From Octopus sinensis (taxonomy: Eukaryota): a stretch of 40,052 nucleotides of DNA. The notes under the pieces are model-generated. The model saw nothing but the letters and a program-made list of their open reading frames with translations, made no database searches and was not told the origin of the DNA. The stretch is from positions 1 through 40,052 of the forward strand of contig NW_021835489.1 of assembly GCF_006345805.1 (NCBI RefSeq), written 5' to 3'. The first letter of the stretch is position 1. Each line of letters begins with the position of its first letter. The position numbers were made by a program, and so were the translations under genes. This document shows, piece by piece, positions 12,113 through 24,081 of this stretch.

Positions 12113-14014
12113 GCACATGCCTATACAGGGACCCTTTGACAGAGACACACAAGCTCACATTCACACAATTATGCATTCACACCAGTAAATTATCTCACAA
12201 TACACACTCATGCTGGCAAGCATGTATAAAGCACGCCTCGAGGCGTTGACATACAGACCGACACTTACGGAACACACCTACGGACGGATGGCCATTCCCA
12301 TCGGGGGGGGGGCAAAACTCTCACACACGCACTTATGTACTACACCGGAAACACTTCCACGCATGCATATGTACATACACATGAATATCTGGCATACAAA
12401 CGCACTTACAAATACGCATGCTTCAATACACACATGTTCACAAACTCAGACACATATATCTACTCACTTAGACACACAAGCACACAATCACAAGCCACAT
12501 ATAAACACATACACAAACACATACACGCACAAACGCAACTCACACCCCCACACACACATATTTGCTTACATACGTGCACATATACAGACAAATATACCCA
12601 GACATGCAAACATTGACGCTAAAGCGCATGCGCGTTCTCCTATCCGTTAACCTACATATTATCTTGACGCTGTATTTGTCCTACACTCTAAACTGTCGTT
12701 TTATTTACCATGTAACCATATTACCAAATGTTTACCGAATCTCCTCATATATTGAAGTATAACCGTAAATAAACAGATACTCAGACCAACGCCACTATAT
12801 TCAGCACTTTCACTATTATGACTTTGTAAACAAGCAAGAATATGATCTTGCTTGATTTATTAGAAATGACAGCAAAGTATCCTTTAACATGTAGCCTGCG
12901 GGATTTATATTTGGGAAGAGGATAACCTCCATCCGTTAGTAACTGTTTGAAGCATAAATATTGTTTAGTTTTTCTCCACTAAAACTATTTTTTTGCCGTA
13001 TCCTTCCGATCAAACGGCAACTGTCCGAAACTTCGAGCGTACTATGCATTTCTTTCAAACCCTATCGCTTTGTGATTCAGATTAAGAACGCAAAACCTTG
13101 GGGGTTTCACCGTAGAGAAAAAAATATTATTTAGGCCAGCTTTTACGTTTTTTTAGAGCACTTTCCGATAGAAAAGAGATCCGTCAGTCAATACTACACT
13201 TCTTGGGTTGGTAGGAGGTAGAATTTATCATGGATGGATTAACAGATCTTTTTCTTTGACATCGAAAATCCTGATCCTGGATAATACACAAAACTTGCAA
13301 GCATAGCGCCATATTGCATCTTCTTTGGACAATTATCGTCTGCAGTGCACATAATGGACCTCCGATTTCAACGACGATTACTGTATTTCTGCAGACAAAG
13401 TTTGGGTGTTAGGAATGTTTTTGATGATGAAAACCGCCACTTGTGTATTTTCAGTTTAGGTATATTGAAATTTAATACTCTTCGTGGACATTTCATCACA
13501 AACGTGGTCGTTGTCGTCACGGTGCCTTGAAAGAGACATGCGTCAGCGAACGATTAAATGCAACCAATTTTCTGCACTCCACAATCCTGAGTGAATATGT
13601 GGAATGTGCAGTATACGCGGTATTAACCGCAAATTTCCGAACTGCTTCAGAGCAGGATCTTCCGTTCATGACACCATTTTTATAAAGTTCTGTCCACAAA
13701 ATAACGATATTCAAAAGAATAGATGTTCTGTAATCAACGATCATTGAAGGATCAACAAATGTAGATTAGTATTATGGCATTCTGTAGAAAACCACAAATG
13801 AGAAAGCATGTCCTCGTTACAGTGTATCACTAACATCTCTTTCTACTGCAAGAACAAGGACTAACGTTTTGCGGGTTATTGGCTATTCGATTTCAATGAC
13901 CTTTTTGTCCATCTCCTACATTTTGTTTTCGATCCCGAAGAAATAATAGGCATTGTGGACTTTATCATTGAATGTTTCCCTTTTTAACACAAGGCCAGCA
14001 AATTTAGGTCGTGA

Positions 14015-14160
14015 TGTTATTCGATTACATCGACCTCAGCATTCAACTGGTACTTCATTTTATCGACCCTGAAGGGAGGAAAGAGCAAACTCGGCTTCGG
14101 CAGCATTTGGACTCTGAATCTAGTGCCGAAAGTAATGACAATAAATATTTTGTTCGGAAT
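14015..14160 (-). mobile_element. Diverged SINE (family of 26849-27076)
   Basis: gattacatcgacctcagcattcaactggtacttcattttatcgaccctgaagg matches 26919-26965. Confidence 0.75.
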
Positions 14161-14548
14161 GATAAGGTATTAGCCACCTCACCACCGCCCTCAACATGAC
14201 GATACACCAATGACTAGAACCACTGTACTGTTTTTCACATTCATTTTGTTTGTTTTGTGTTGTCAGTAGGTTTTTGTAAACCCCGGTAACTTCCGGCTGC
14301 ACAAAAATAAAAAGGGTCACTTACGGAAAACAGGTTATTATCGTTCTCCTATTGAAGTTTTGACTTAAATTTCAGGCTAGAATTTTCAGGGACTGGGTAG
14401 CTCGATTACATTCATCGCAGTGGTCAACAGAAAGGCAGAAACTTCTCAGCACCAAATCGTATAGCCATACACACACGTGTGTGTGTATGTATTAATTCAT
14501 TCAATCGATTGAGTTGTATAAAGTGGATAGTGGATATCTATATATTAT

Positions 14549-14607
<59 letters not shown>

Positions 14608-14714
14608 ATATATATATATGTACATATATAAATATATGTGTATATATATAGAGATATGTATATATATATGCATATGTATGTCTCTCTTATATATATATCT
14701 ATATATATATAAAT

Positions 14715-14772
<58 letters not shown>

Positions 14773-15447
14773 ACGATGGGTTTATTTCCGTTTCCATCTA
14801 CGAACTCCACTCATAAGGCTTTAGACTTCAGCGGCAATAAACACTTTCCACTTATACACTGCGCAATGAGACTGAACACACGATCACATGTTTGCCAACC
14901 AAGCCTGTTATGCACATAAGCTATGATTGCATTCGCCAAACACCAAATTATGAAAACTATAATTTCCCCCAGCTTGAATCAGATACATATCGCATAGAGC
15001 GGGAACAAGCACCACAAAGCATCGTATTCGGCGTTGCAACACCTCTGTTAATTCAATTCTTAGAATTCGCTTTCATTGCAATATTTTAATATGTTTTAGC
15101 TATTAGTATTTTCCGTGCAGACATTTTTTTTTTAAAGTTAATTAATTAAATATGCTTTTAACAATATTACAGCTTAGTTTCATTTTATTAGTACTCCACA
15201 CTGAAATATTAGTCCATCGAGAACTGAGAGATGAGTGCATGGAGCGTAACCAAGTTCGAAAAGTATATTAGTGAAACACGAATTAGGCGGGACATAATGT
15301 TTTTTGTTTGTTAAACAACACGACGAAAGATAATGATTTATGACTGAAACAAGCACAACACTAGTCATGTATGAATGGAGACTATACACATACACATATA
15401 CATATACATATATAAATATATACATACATATATATATATAGGTATAT

Positions 15448-15486
<39 letters not shown>

Positions 15487-15814
15487 GATAGATAGATATA
15501 TATATGATCACACAAAAAGGCATACACATATAAATATCTGCATATGTATGCACACACGCATATGTATATACATATATAGATAGTAAATAGATAGGTATAA
15601 ATTTGTATAAAATATGGATATATATATGTATGTATTTGTATAATATATAAACATATACCCATATATATATATGTATATCATATACTATATATATATATAG
15701 ATACATACATATAAGTATGTAAATATATATATGCATACATATAGGTATATGTGTATACACACGTACATACATACATATATATTTGTACATTTGTGTATAT
15801 ATATATATGTATGT

Positions 15815-15820
15815 ATGTTT

Positions 15821-15853
<33 letters not shown>

Positions 15854-15922
15854 TACACTCAGGCAGGCACACACGCAAATGCACACACACAATTACATAC
15901 GCACACACACGCACACACACAT

Positions 15923-15992
<70 letters not shown>

Positions 15993-16103
15993 TATATATA
16001 CACACACATACACTCAGGCAGGCACACACGCAAATGCACACACACAATTACATACGCACACACACGCACACACACATGCACACACACACACACACAGACA
16101 CAA

Positions 16104-16140
<37 letters not shown>
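15815..16140. repeat. Tandem duplication (~155-bp period) of a (TA)n plus degenerate (CA)n block
   Basis: cactcaggcaggcacacacgcaaatgcacacacacaattacatacgc occurs at 15856 and 16011. Confidence 0.9.
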
Positions 16141-16145
<5 letters not shown>

Positions 16146-16695
16146 CATAGCAACGATTAAGCCATTATCCCAAACATCATACTCATACATTGAGCTATCG
16201 ATTCTGTTACACACGCGAAGAATTCTCTCATAATTTCGTATATTTTGACGACAAGACGAGATATTATTTTATCATGTACTCGTAGCTAGGAATAACCAGC
16301 AATGGTACAATATGTCTTGCAGCAGGAAATATGCTTTTATTGGTTAGTTTGACATATTTATTACAGGTATTCGACGTGGATGTATCAAATATTTATTTAC
16401 ATAATAGAATCAGAGATGTTTTTACGATCCTTGTTATGGATCGTATTTCGTATGAAATATCATCAATGGAAACCGTCTTAATTGCTTAGTCGTTATCGTA
16501 GACATATGGCATATACCCCCACTTATGGATACATGCAAATATACAGAGATATACATGTATACATACATATATATATATGTATATACATATATACATATAT
16601 AGATAGAAAGATATAGATATACACACATATCTATATATATAAACACATATATACATATATGGATATATTTTTATATATCACACACAAACACACAC

Positions 16696-16745
<50 letters not shown>

Positions 16746-16758
16746 ATTTATGTATGTA

Positions 16759-18460
16759 TTCTTTGATTCTTTTATGCATTTCAGCCTGAAGGCTGTGGCC
16801 GTGCTGGAGCACCGTCAATATTATCACTTCTTTAATGGCAATTCTTTTGTTGTTGGCTTCCATTCGGTGAAGGAAGGAGTTCAATATTGCTGCCGTCCTT
16901 TGAGATTTTTGTAGTGATATATGTTCCTTTTGAAACTTGAGCAGCAGAAGGTCCATTCTTTTTTCGTGAAAGCATGTATACCTAATCTATTTAGATCTCT
17001 CAGATGTTTCGTCAAAGTATTAAGTTGCTGTGAGCCTTTGAATCCCAAGGTATTGTAGCACATGGTCCTTACTCTGGGACATTTTGAACAAATCTGTGAC
17101 GTCTAGTGCCAAAGTTTGGTGCCAACCTCTCTAAGATGACCCCTTCGCATATCCTAGCGTATTCACCCAACCCTATCTTCGCTCCAGGGTGTAGAGAAGT
17201 ACCTCTTGCAGTCTCTTCCAGAAGTTCAGCTGTTCCATTTATGCAATATTTCTCGTGTTGCACGGCTGAACTGCCTCACGTTCTGCTATTAATTTAGTCC
17301 AGACACCAAGAAATAAATGTCCTCCATAGAACCAGTATAGTCTGCTGGTCTCTTGCTCTGATAGTTCCCAGAATCCACTCGTCTATTTAATTGCACATTA
17401 CCACCATCTATGTGGTATGCAGCTGAAACGAGGTGTTGTCTTTCATATCAATCCTTAGATCATGCACCGTACTTATATCTGCGACTGCCGCTGGATTTTG
17501 TTCAAACTATTGTTGTTGCTCCATGTTATCACACGCTAGCTGATGGCGGAGGGTTTGGAATTTTCCTGCTGTCTTCTACTCTTTTATATATAGCTTCTAG
17601 GTCTTTCTGTAGAAGATAATCATTGAGAGCTTCCTTGATTGCTTGTATTATTTATGTGTCTTCAGCATAGCTAGAAAGTGTAGCTGTCTCTGTAACTCAT
17701 CGCATGTTCCAAAGAGGTATCTTAAATAGTAGTGGCTTCAAGACAGTTCCCTGAAGCAATCCACTCACTACAACTGTCCCTTTGGAGAGGGCGCCATTGG
17801 TAGCCACCGCTTGGCTTCTGTGGTTTAGGAAGTCATGTAACTACTCTCTCAGTTTTCCTATTATGACGAATCTCCGTAGCTAGTGACATATCCCATGTTA
17901 AACCCTATCACAAGCCTTTGTAACGTCAAGTTATATCACATCCCCATTTCAGCGATTCATTGGTTGTTTCAACGGCCACTCAAAACGCTTCAGAACTGTA
18001 GAAGGTCGCTACATCCTGAGCGGAAACCGTGCTGGGTCTCGGAGAGTAAGTCACTATCTTCGAAGAACACGAACGAGGAGCTTGATGTTTCCTAGCAAGA
18101 AGTTATGAAAGCTGTCATCAAGGTTGGTTAATGATCCTTCCATGTCTTTGAGGCTCTCTTCAAATGATTTCCTATGCTTTGGAGCATCTCGTGGACGATA
18201 ATTTGTATATTTTTACCAGTGTTATCCCCTTAAAGTGTATTACCCGTGTGTTACAAAATGAGTTTGAGGGTGAGAGCAGGGACTACAGGCGTAGTGTGGT
18301 GCTTGTACATTGCAATCCCTGTCATTTCGAAATACAACATCCTTTGGTATGTGCATCTCAGCTTCTTGCAAATCAACGTTCAGCTATGCTTCTGTTAGTG
18401 CCAAACATATTGATTGATTGCAGGTAACTAAATGTCTCAGGTATGAGGATTTGCATTAGA
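16759..18460 (-). mobile_element. CR1-like LINE relic (APE endonuclease + RT + 3' tail), internally deleted
   Basis: EN: ALTEA*LNVDLQEAEMHIPKDVVFRNDRD and NYRPRDAP...FLLG. RT: LLSETQHGFRSG, DVI*LDVTKACDRV*HG, SGLLQGTVLKPLLF, SSYAEDT. Many stops; intact-looking 3' tail at 16759-16813. Confidence 0.9.
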
Positions 18461-18767
18461 GGCACTTTACATGGCCACTGACATTCAGAGACAAAATACT
18501 AGTGTGACATATGCTGTCGGTGGTGCTCAGTGCCATCAAATTTGTAAAGGCGTCACAGGTTGCCACCCTGTGTCTGTTGATGTTGTCTGCAGTTGTGTAA
18601 GTTTGGATATATTTATAAATACTGAAACACTCACACTAATAAATGGAAATATGCAAATATATAAGCAGAAATATGCAGAAATATGCAAATATAAACGCAC
18701 ACACACACGTATAATCAAATATAGAAATATAAACACGTACACACATATGTATGCATGTATATATATA

Positions 18768-18818
<51 letters not shown>

Positions 18819-18891
18819 CATACATATATGGACGTGCACGCACATATATGCAAATACATACATACATGTACAAACGTGCCGGCACTTACAT

Positions 18892-18945
<54 letters not shown>

Positions 18946-19599
18946 GCATACACGTACTCGCCGTACAAATAGTCATATAAACTGTTTACCTAAACAATGA
19001 GAAATCAGAAGACAATTACATGCGTATAATTAGCAGCTGTGTTTGAAATTTCAGTGTTTTCTTGACAACGAAAATAAACACATTGTTTCCATTCGTCTAA
19101 TTTCTACGCTTTTATTTTCATATCTTGCACTCAAATTGCATCAAGAACAAACATGAAAAGTAAGAAAGGGGAAGAGCACAAGAAACATTTAAAAGTTTGA
19201 TAAAATCTAGCAAAAACACATTCATGGAATATCTAAACTACTTCTTTTCTTTTTAATTCGTACGTGTTCATTTTCAATGGCTGCCTTCAGTGCACTGACT
19301 GTTATCAGGTTTGTGCCGTATACTTTATATTTTAATTATCCACATCATATTTTGATTATCCAATATTGATAAAAATAATTAAGACTGTGAGACTTTATGG
19401 ACCCGGTAAATATTCTCCTGAACATTTTTGTTGTAATCTACCTGCTTACCAAAATCTTGCTTGCTCAAGAAATTCGTTAACTTAAGTGTATTAGGCGTGG
19501 AAATCAGGTTATATTTATTCCATATATATACAGTATTTTGCATCGTTTTATTATGGATTGGCCCTTGTATTGAGATCGAAAGAGTGAGAAATATGTGAA

Positions 19600-19785
19600 G
19601 GTACCGTGCTTTGGAGCATGGCTGTTGCACTCCATTTCACATTGCTCTAGTTTCCCCTTTGATCAAGGGTTTGTTGGCCTGCTCGTGTAGCCATCGGGAT
19701 GGCGTCATATCAAGGCTAAAACAATGCAAAAGCGCATTGTGACCAGCGATGTGCAACATCTGACAGCTTGGTCAGTCACGTGATC
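19600..19785 (+). mobile_element. Diverged SINE-like fragment
   Basis: gtgctttggagcatgg...catttcacattgctctagt resembles the CORE-like part of the 5615 SINE, followed by a distinct tail (gctaaaacaatgc...cattgtgaccagcgatg). Confidence 0.45.
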
Positions 19786-21427
19786 GCTTGATCACCTGAG
19801 TGACAAATATACACATATAAATGCACAAATTCATTTTATTTCATCAACCCTCGTATAATTCACCACTAAACATCATTATTAAACGGTTCAAGCAATGTTT
19901 TTTTGCCTCAAGAAAGCAACATTATGAAGTGAATATCTCCATTTTCATTCCCTCTATCATAAATGCAACGATGGAAGTTCAAATTGCCTATCAGCAACAG
20001 AGTTATAACCAGCCTTTGTGCGCTAATATATACGCTTCATACTTATATAAACTAACAAGACAAGCTAGCTTAACCCTAGGTAACCGAGTAAGAACCACTG
20101 GCGAACATTAATCAAAATGCGAAATTACTAGTCATGTGACTATGCCCCGGAAGCTGCCTCCCTTGTCAGTCATAAGATAAGTTTGTGTGGCTAACAGTGG
20201 TTTTGACTCTTATTTCTAGCAATTCTGGTGCCAGCTAGTACCGTTATCCACTTTAGTGAAGTCTATAGTTCTGCCTTTCGGTTGTAAATTTTGAATAAGC
20301 CACCTTTATTATATGTGTGTGTGTGTGTGTTTCTAAACACTGAGAAAAGTTCTGAGACGCGTTAAATGTTATATACATACACACATGTCTATATATATAC
20401 ACACACACACAAATATATATATATATATATATATAATATATATATATTCTTTAAACACAAAGAAACACGTTTACGCTTTTAGACTAAGTTGCAAATAATT
20501 GCAGATAATTTTATCATAGGTGTTTATATATCTGAAAATAAGAAATATAAGATTACGCTTTGCGCATAACAAATGTTCTTTTTAGTGTTATAGTTTTCCT
20601 GAAAATATTTTGGGTTGTGTATTGAAAAGATGAGTTTGACATACATAATACAAATGGAAATGAGAGAGGGTAAAAAGTATCATTTCTTTTTGAGTATTTT
20701 GTACATAAAAATGGTTTTAATGCATATTTTTTATTGTGAATGTTGCGGTCAAAAGAGGGTTTATTGAAGGAGAAAAAAACCTAAGTTATCGATTTGCGCT
20801 AGTGTTCATCGTACCAAATGTTTTTAAGATCTTTGCATATGTATACACACCGCTTGATACTGTATAAATAGATACCTATACCGCTCGTGGTATTTCCAAA
20901 GCAAGGAACGAAAGATTATTTTCCGGGGCTTTCGTTGCTGATGTACAAGACACCTCTATAAAGTTACGTGTTGGTTCATATTTTTGTAAAGTGTTTCTTT
21001 AGACCAGAGAAGGTATTTTAAGAAAAGGAAATATTTTAAAATAAATCATCGGAGAACACATAATAACACATGTTTTTCTTTTATAAGGGATGTGTTTTCT
21101 CTTCACAGAAATGGTAACCCCCAGTATTTTTGCCATGTTGTAAATGATTATTGGTGGTGAAGTCATTGTTCTTGCTATCAGTCCAAATTAGATATGATGT
21201 ATTAGTACACCCATCTAAAGTTCGTAAATCTCATTCTCTCCAAGTACCTTTCAGAGGATTGTATGCATATGTATATATGCTATATATATATATATATATA
21301 TATATCACAATCAAGGAACGGCCATAATAGGCCATTCACCCACTAGAAATAACAGCCAAAAAGCTTCAACCGCAAAAAACCATTAATTCCGTAAATCAGG
21401 AGAAAATTAAAAAACATTTACCCTGAA

Positions 21428-21530
21428 ATTCCTTAGACGATGCACCGTTTTCTTCTACTGTTTAATGGTAAATTAACCTGATTAAATTAAATCAAGCCAA
21501 TCTACCATAGGCCCTTAGATTCATCAGTAA
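21428..21530 (-). ncRNA. Inverted, stem-I-truncated hammerhead copy
   Basis: Minus strand TTA-CTGATGA (21527-21521)...GAAAAC-GGTGCATC-GTC-TAAGGAAT; only 3 bp of stem I remain and there is an extra A in the GAAA run. Confidence 0.7.
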
Positions 21531-21893
21531 TTTTCTCCTGATTTACGGAATTAATGTTATTTTGCGGTTGAAGCTTTTTGGCTGTTATTTCTAGTGGGTG
21601 AATGGCCTATTATGGCCGTTCCTTGATTGTGATTTGAACTTAAAAATGGTTTATGACTATTTAATTTTTTCCCACTAGGCCGCTGGGGGCAAAAGAATTC
21701 TACAAAATTTTTTTGCCTCCCTATATTGATTAATTATGATTTTCTGGTTGATTCCGTAATGGAATCGGCGGCTATTAATTTATTTGCTGCCGATAAATTT
21801 GGCGCGAGTGCGACGATTTGAAAAAATTTAGGTCAGATATTGGCGAGGCATGGACGAGAATGCCTCGTGAAAAATATCTGTTCCGATTTGGCT

Positions 21894-22000
21894 ATTCCTT
21901 ACTGATGAATCTAAGGGCCTATGGTAGATTGGCTTGATTTAATTTAATCAGGTTAATTTACCATTAAACAGTAGAAGAAACGGTGCATCGTCTAAGGAAT
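21894..22000 (+). ncRNA. Type I hammerhead ribozyme, copy 1
   Basis: Stem I ATTCCTTA (21894-21901)/TAAGGAAT (21993-22000); core CTGATGA 21902-21908; extended stem II; GAAA 21977-21980; stem III ACGG-tgca-TCGT; GTC site with predicted cut after 21992. The base of stem II is A-A rather than the usual G-C. Confidence 0.85.
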
Positions 22001-22378
22001 TTCAGGGTAATGTTTTTTAATTTTCTCCTGATTTACGGAATTAATGTTATTTTGGCGGTTTGAAGCTTTTTGGCTGTTATTTCTAGTGGGTGAATGGCCT
22101 ATTATGGCCGTTCCTTGATTGTGATATTGAACTTAAAAATGGTTTATGACTATTTAATTTTTTCCCACTAGGCCGCTGGGGGCAAGAATTCTACAAAATT
22201 TTTTTGCCTCCCTATATTGATTAATTATGAATTTTCTGGTTGGTCCGTAATGGAATCGGCGGCTTATTTTATTTGCTGCCGATATTTGACGCGAGTGCGA
22301 CGATTTGAAAATTTTAGGTCAGATATTGGCGAGGCATGGACGAGAATGCCTCGAAAAAATATCTGTTCCGATTTGGCT

Positions 22379-22484
22379 ATTCCTTACTGATGAATCTAAG
22401 GGCCTATGGTAGATTGGCTTGATTTATTTAATCAGGTTAATTTACCATTAAACAGTAGAAGAAACGGTGCATCGTCTAAGGAAT
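22379..22484 (+). ncRNA. Type I hammerhead ribozyme, copy 2
   Basis: Same fold: CTGATGA 22387-22393, GAAA 22461-22464, predicted cut after C22476, 8-bp stem I. Confidence 0.85.
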
Positions 22485-22710
22485 TCATCAGGGTAAATGT
22501 TTTTTAATTTTCTCCTGATTTACGGAATTAATGTTATTTTGCGGTTGAAGCTTTTTTTGGCTGTTATTTCTAGTGGGTGAATGGCCTATATGGCCGTTCC
22601 TTGATTGTTAATTGAACTTAAAAATGGTTTATGACTATTTAATTTTTTCCCACTAGGCCGCTGGGGGCAAAAGAATTCTACAAAATTTTTTTGCCTCCCT
22701 ATATTGATTA

Positions 22711-22757
<47 letters not shown>

Positions 22758-22760
22758 ATA

Positions 22761-22899
22761 TAATATTATTTGAATGGAATAAATGGAGTTGAACGAAGAT
22801 TGTACAGAATACCTTTTATTACATTCTACACATGTTACATTCTGTACATTCTGTACAATCTTCGTTCAACTCCATTTATTCCATTCACTAATAATATTA
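22761..22899. repeat. Inverted repeat/hairpin, 40-bp perfect arms (MITE-like)
   Basis: 22771-22810 is the exact reverse complement of 22848-22887; extends 10 bp further past a 2-nt bulge; 37-nt spacer. Confidence 0.9.
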
Positions 22900-23065
22900 A
22901 ACTTCAATTATCCGCTCCAACGCACGGTTGCAACACCAAATGGTCTTATCTCCAACCGTATGTTTTCCGCTGTGATTTTTGCTACCCAGGTATCGGTTAA
23001 ACCTTTGAATAATCTGTTACAAGAAAATTCATCTTTCTATTTCAACATATATATTTATATATATA

Positions 23066-23200
23066 TACGACGGGCTTCTTTTGGGTGTGGTCTACCAGAT
23101 CCTTTCACTTGTCTTTGGTGGAAGCCTTTAAGTGAAGGCTCATGTCCAAGGTGACATACACTGAGACTGAAACCAGAAAGTCTTCCCTGGGAAGCTAGCT
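23066..23200 (-). mobile_element. Diverged SINE 5' half (family of 7615-8070)
   Basis: tacgacgggcttct...tctacc is the reverse complement of ggtaga...agaagcccgtcgta. Confidence 0.7.
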
Positions 23201-23857
23201 CCATATCACACACACACTCACGTACACGCACACGCACCCACACACACACGCACACACATACGCCTGTGTACGCATGCGCATGCTTGCGTATATATGTTTA
23301 CGCATATTAACTTTTTCCAATGCATCTCGGTTACAAATGGATATTTATATTCCACACGACCATAATGTACAAATATTTGTATCGTATAAAAACGCTTAGG
23401 AATCATGAGCCCCTTAATGTATTTTGTCCTCTTAATGGTTAAATAGACAACAGCAATTTTTTCTTTTTGTGGACAACAACGTTTCATACTCGCACGCTCT
23501 CTTCACTCGTATATATGTAACATCATCGATGCGTTTATTGAATATGTGTAATCTACGAAACCTTGCGTTTACCTAATAGCAATCTTTGGCGATATATATT
23601 CACACAGCGAACTAGTTCATAATTATAACACACATACAGACACACACACACACATTCACGCATATATCTACATACTTGTATGTAGGCGGATACGCGGATA
23701 TATCGTGCAGAATACGATGATAGAATGGAAGTAGGCCATTAGTTATTCTGTACAACGGCCATACTAAACAAATTTATATAGGCCGCGATTTGGGGTTCCC
23801 GGCGCTTTTTAAATAGATGCCACAAATACGAATGACTTGTTGAGTTGGTAAATAATC

Positions 23858-23861
<4 letters not shown>

Positions 23862-23911
<50 letters not shown>

Positions 23912-23995
23912 TATTATTATTATCATCATTATTATTATTATTTTTATTTTTATTTTTAGTATTATTAATATTATTATTGTTGTTGTTATTATTAA
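23862..23995. repeat. (ATT)n microsatellite
   Basis: Directly visible. Confidence 0.95.
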
Positions 23996-24015
23996 TTTTT
24001 AATATTATACGGTAT

Positions 24016-24081
<66 letters not shown>

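Larger units (their letters stand above)
21302..22712 (+). mobile_element. Hammerhead-ribozyme tandem array with 5' inverted segment (retrozyme / non-autonomous Penelope-like element)
   Basis: Unit landmark ttttctcctgatttacgg at 21531, 22021 and 22508 (period 490/487); 21302-21530 is the reverse complement of ~21899-22126; flanked by (TA)n on both sides; no ORF of 60 aa or more in the track. Confidence 0.85.

Noticed and set aside
19130-19410. Tc1-like terminal motif gagactttatggacccggta
   Set aside because: No matching opposite end or transposase remnant was found.
21302-22712. CRISPR array, or a protein-coding repeat
   Set aside because: Units are ~490 bp and near-identical with no unique spacers, there are no cas genes or ORF, and the context is eukaryotic.
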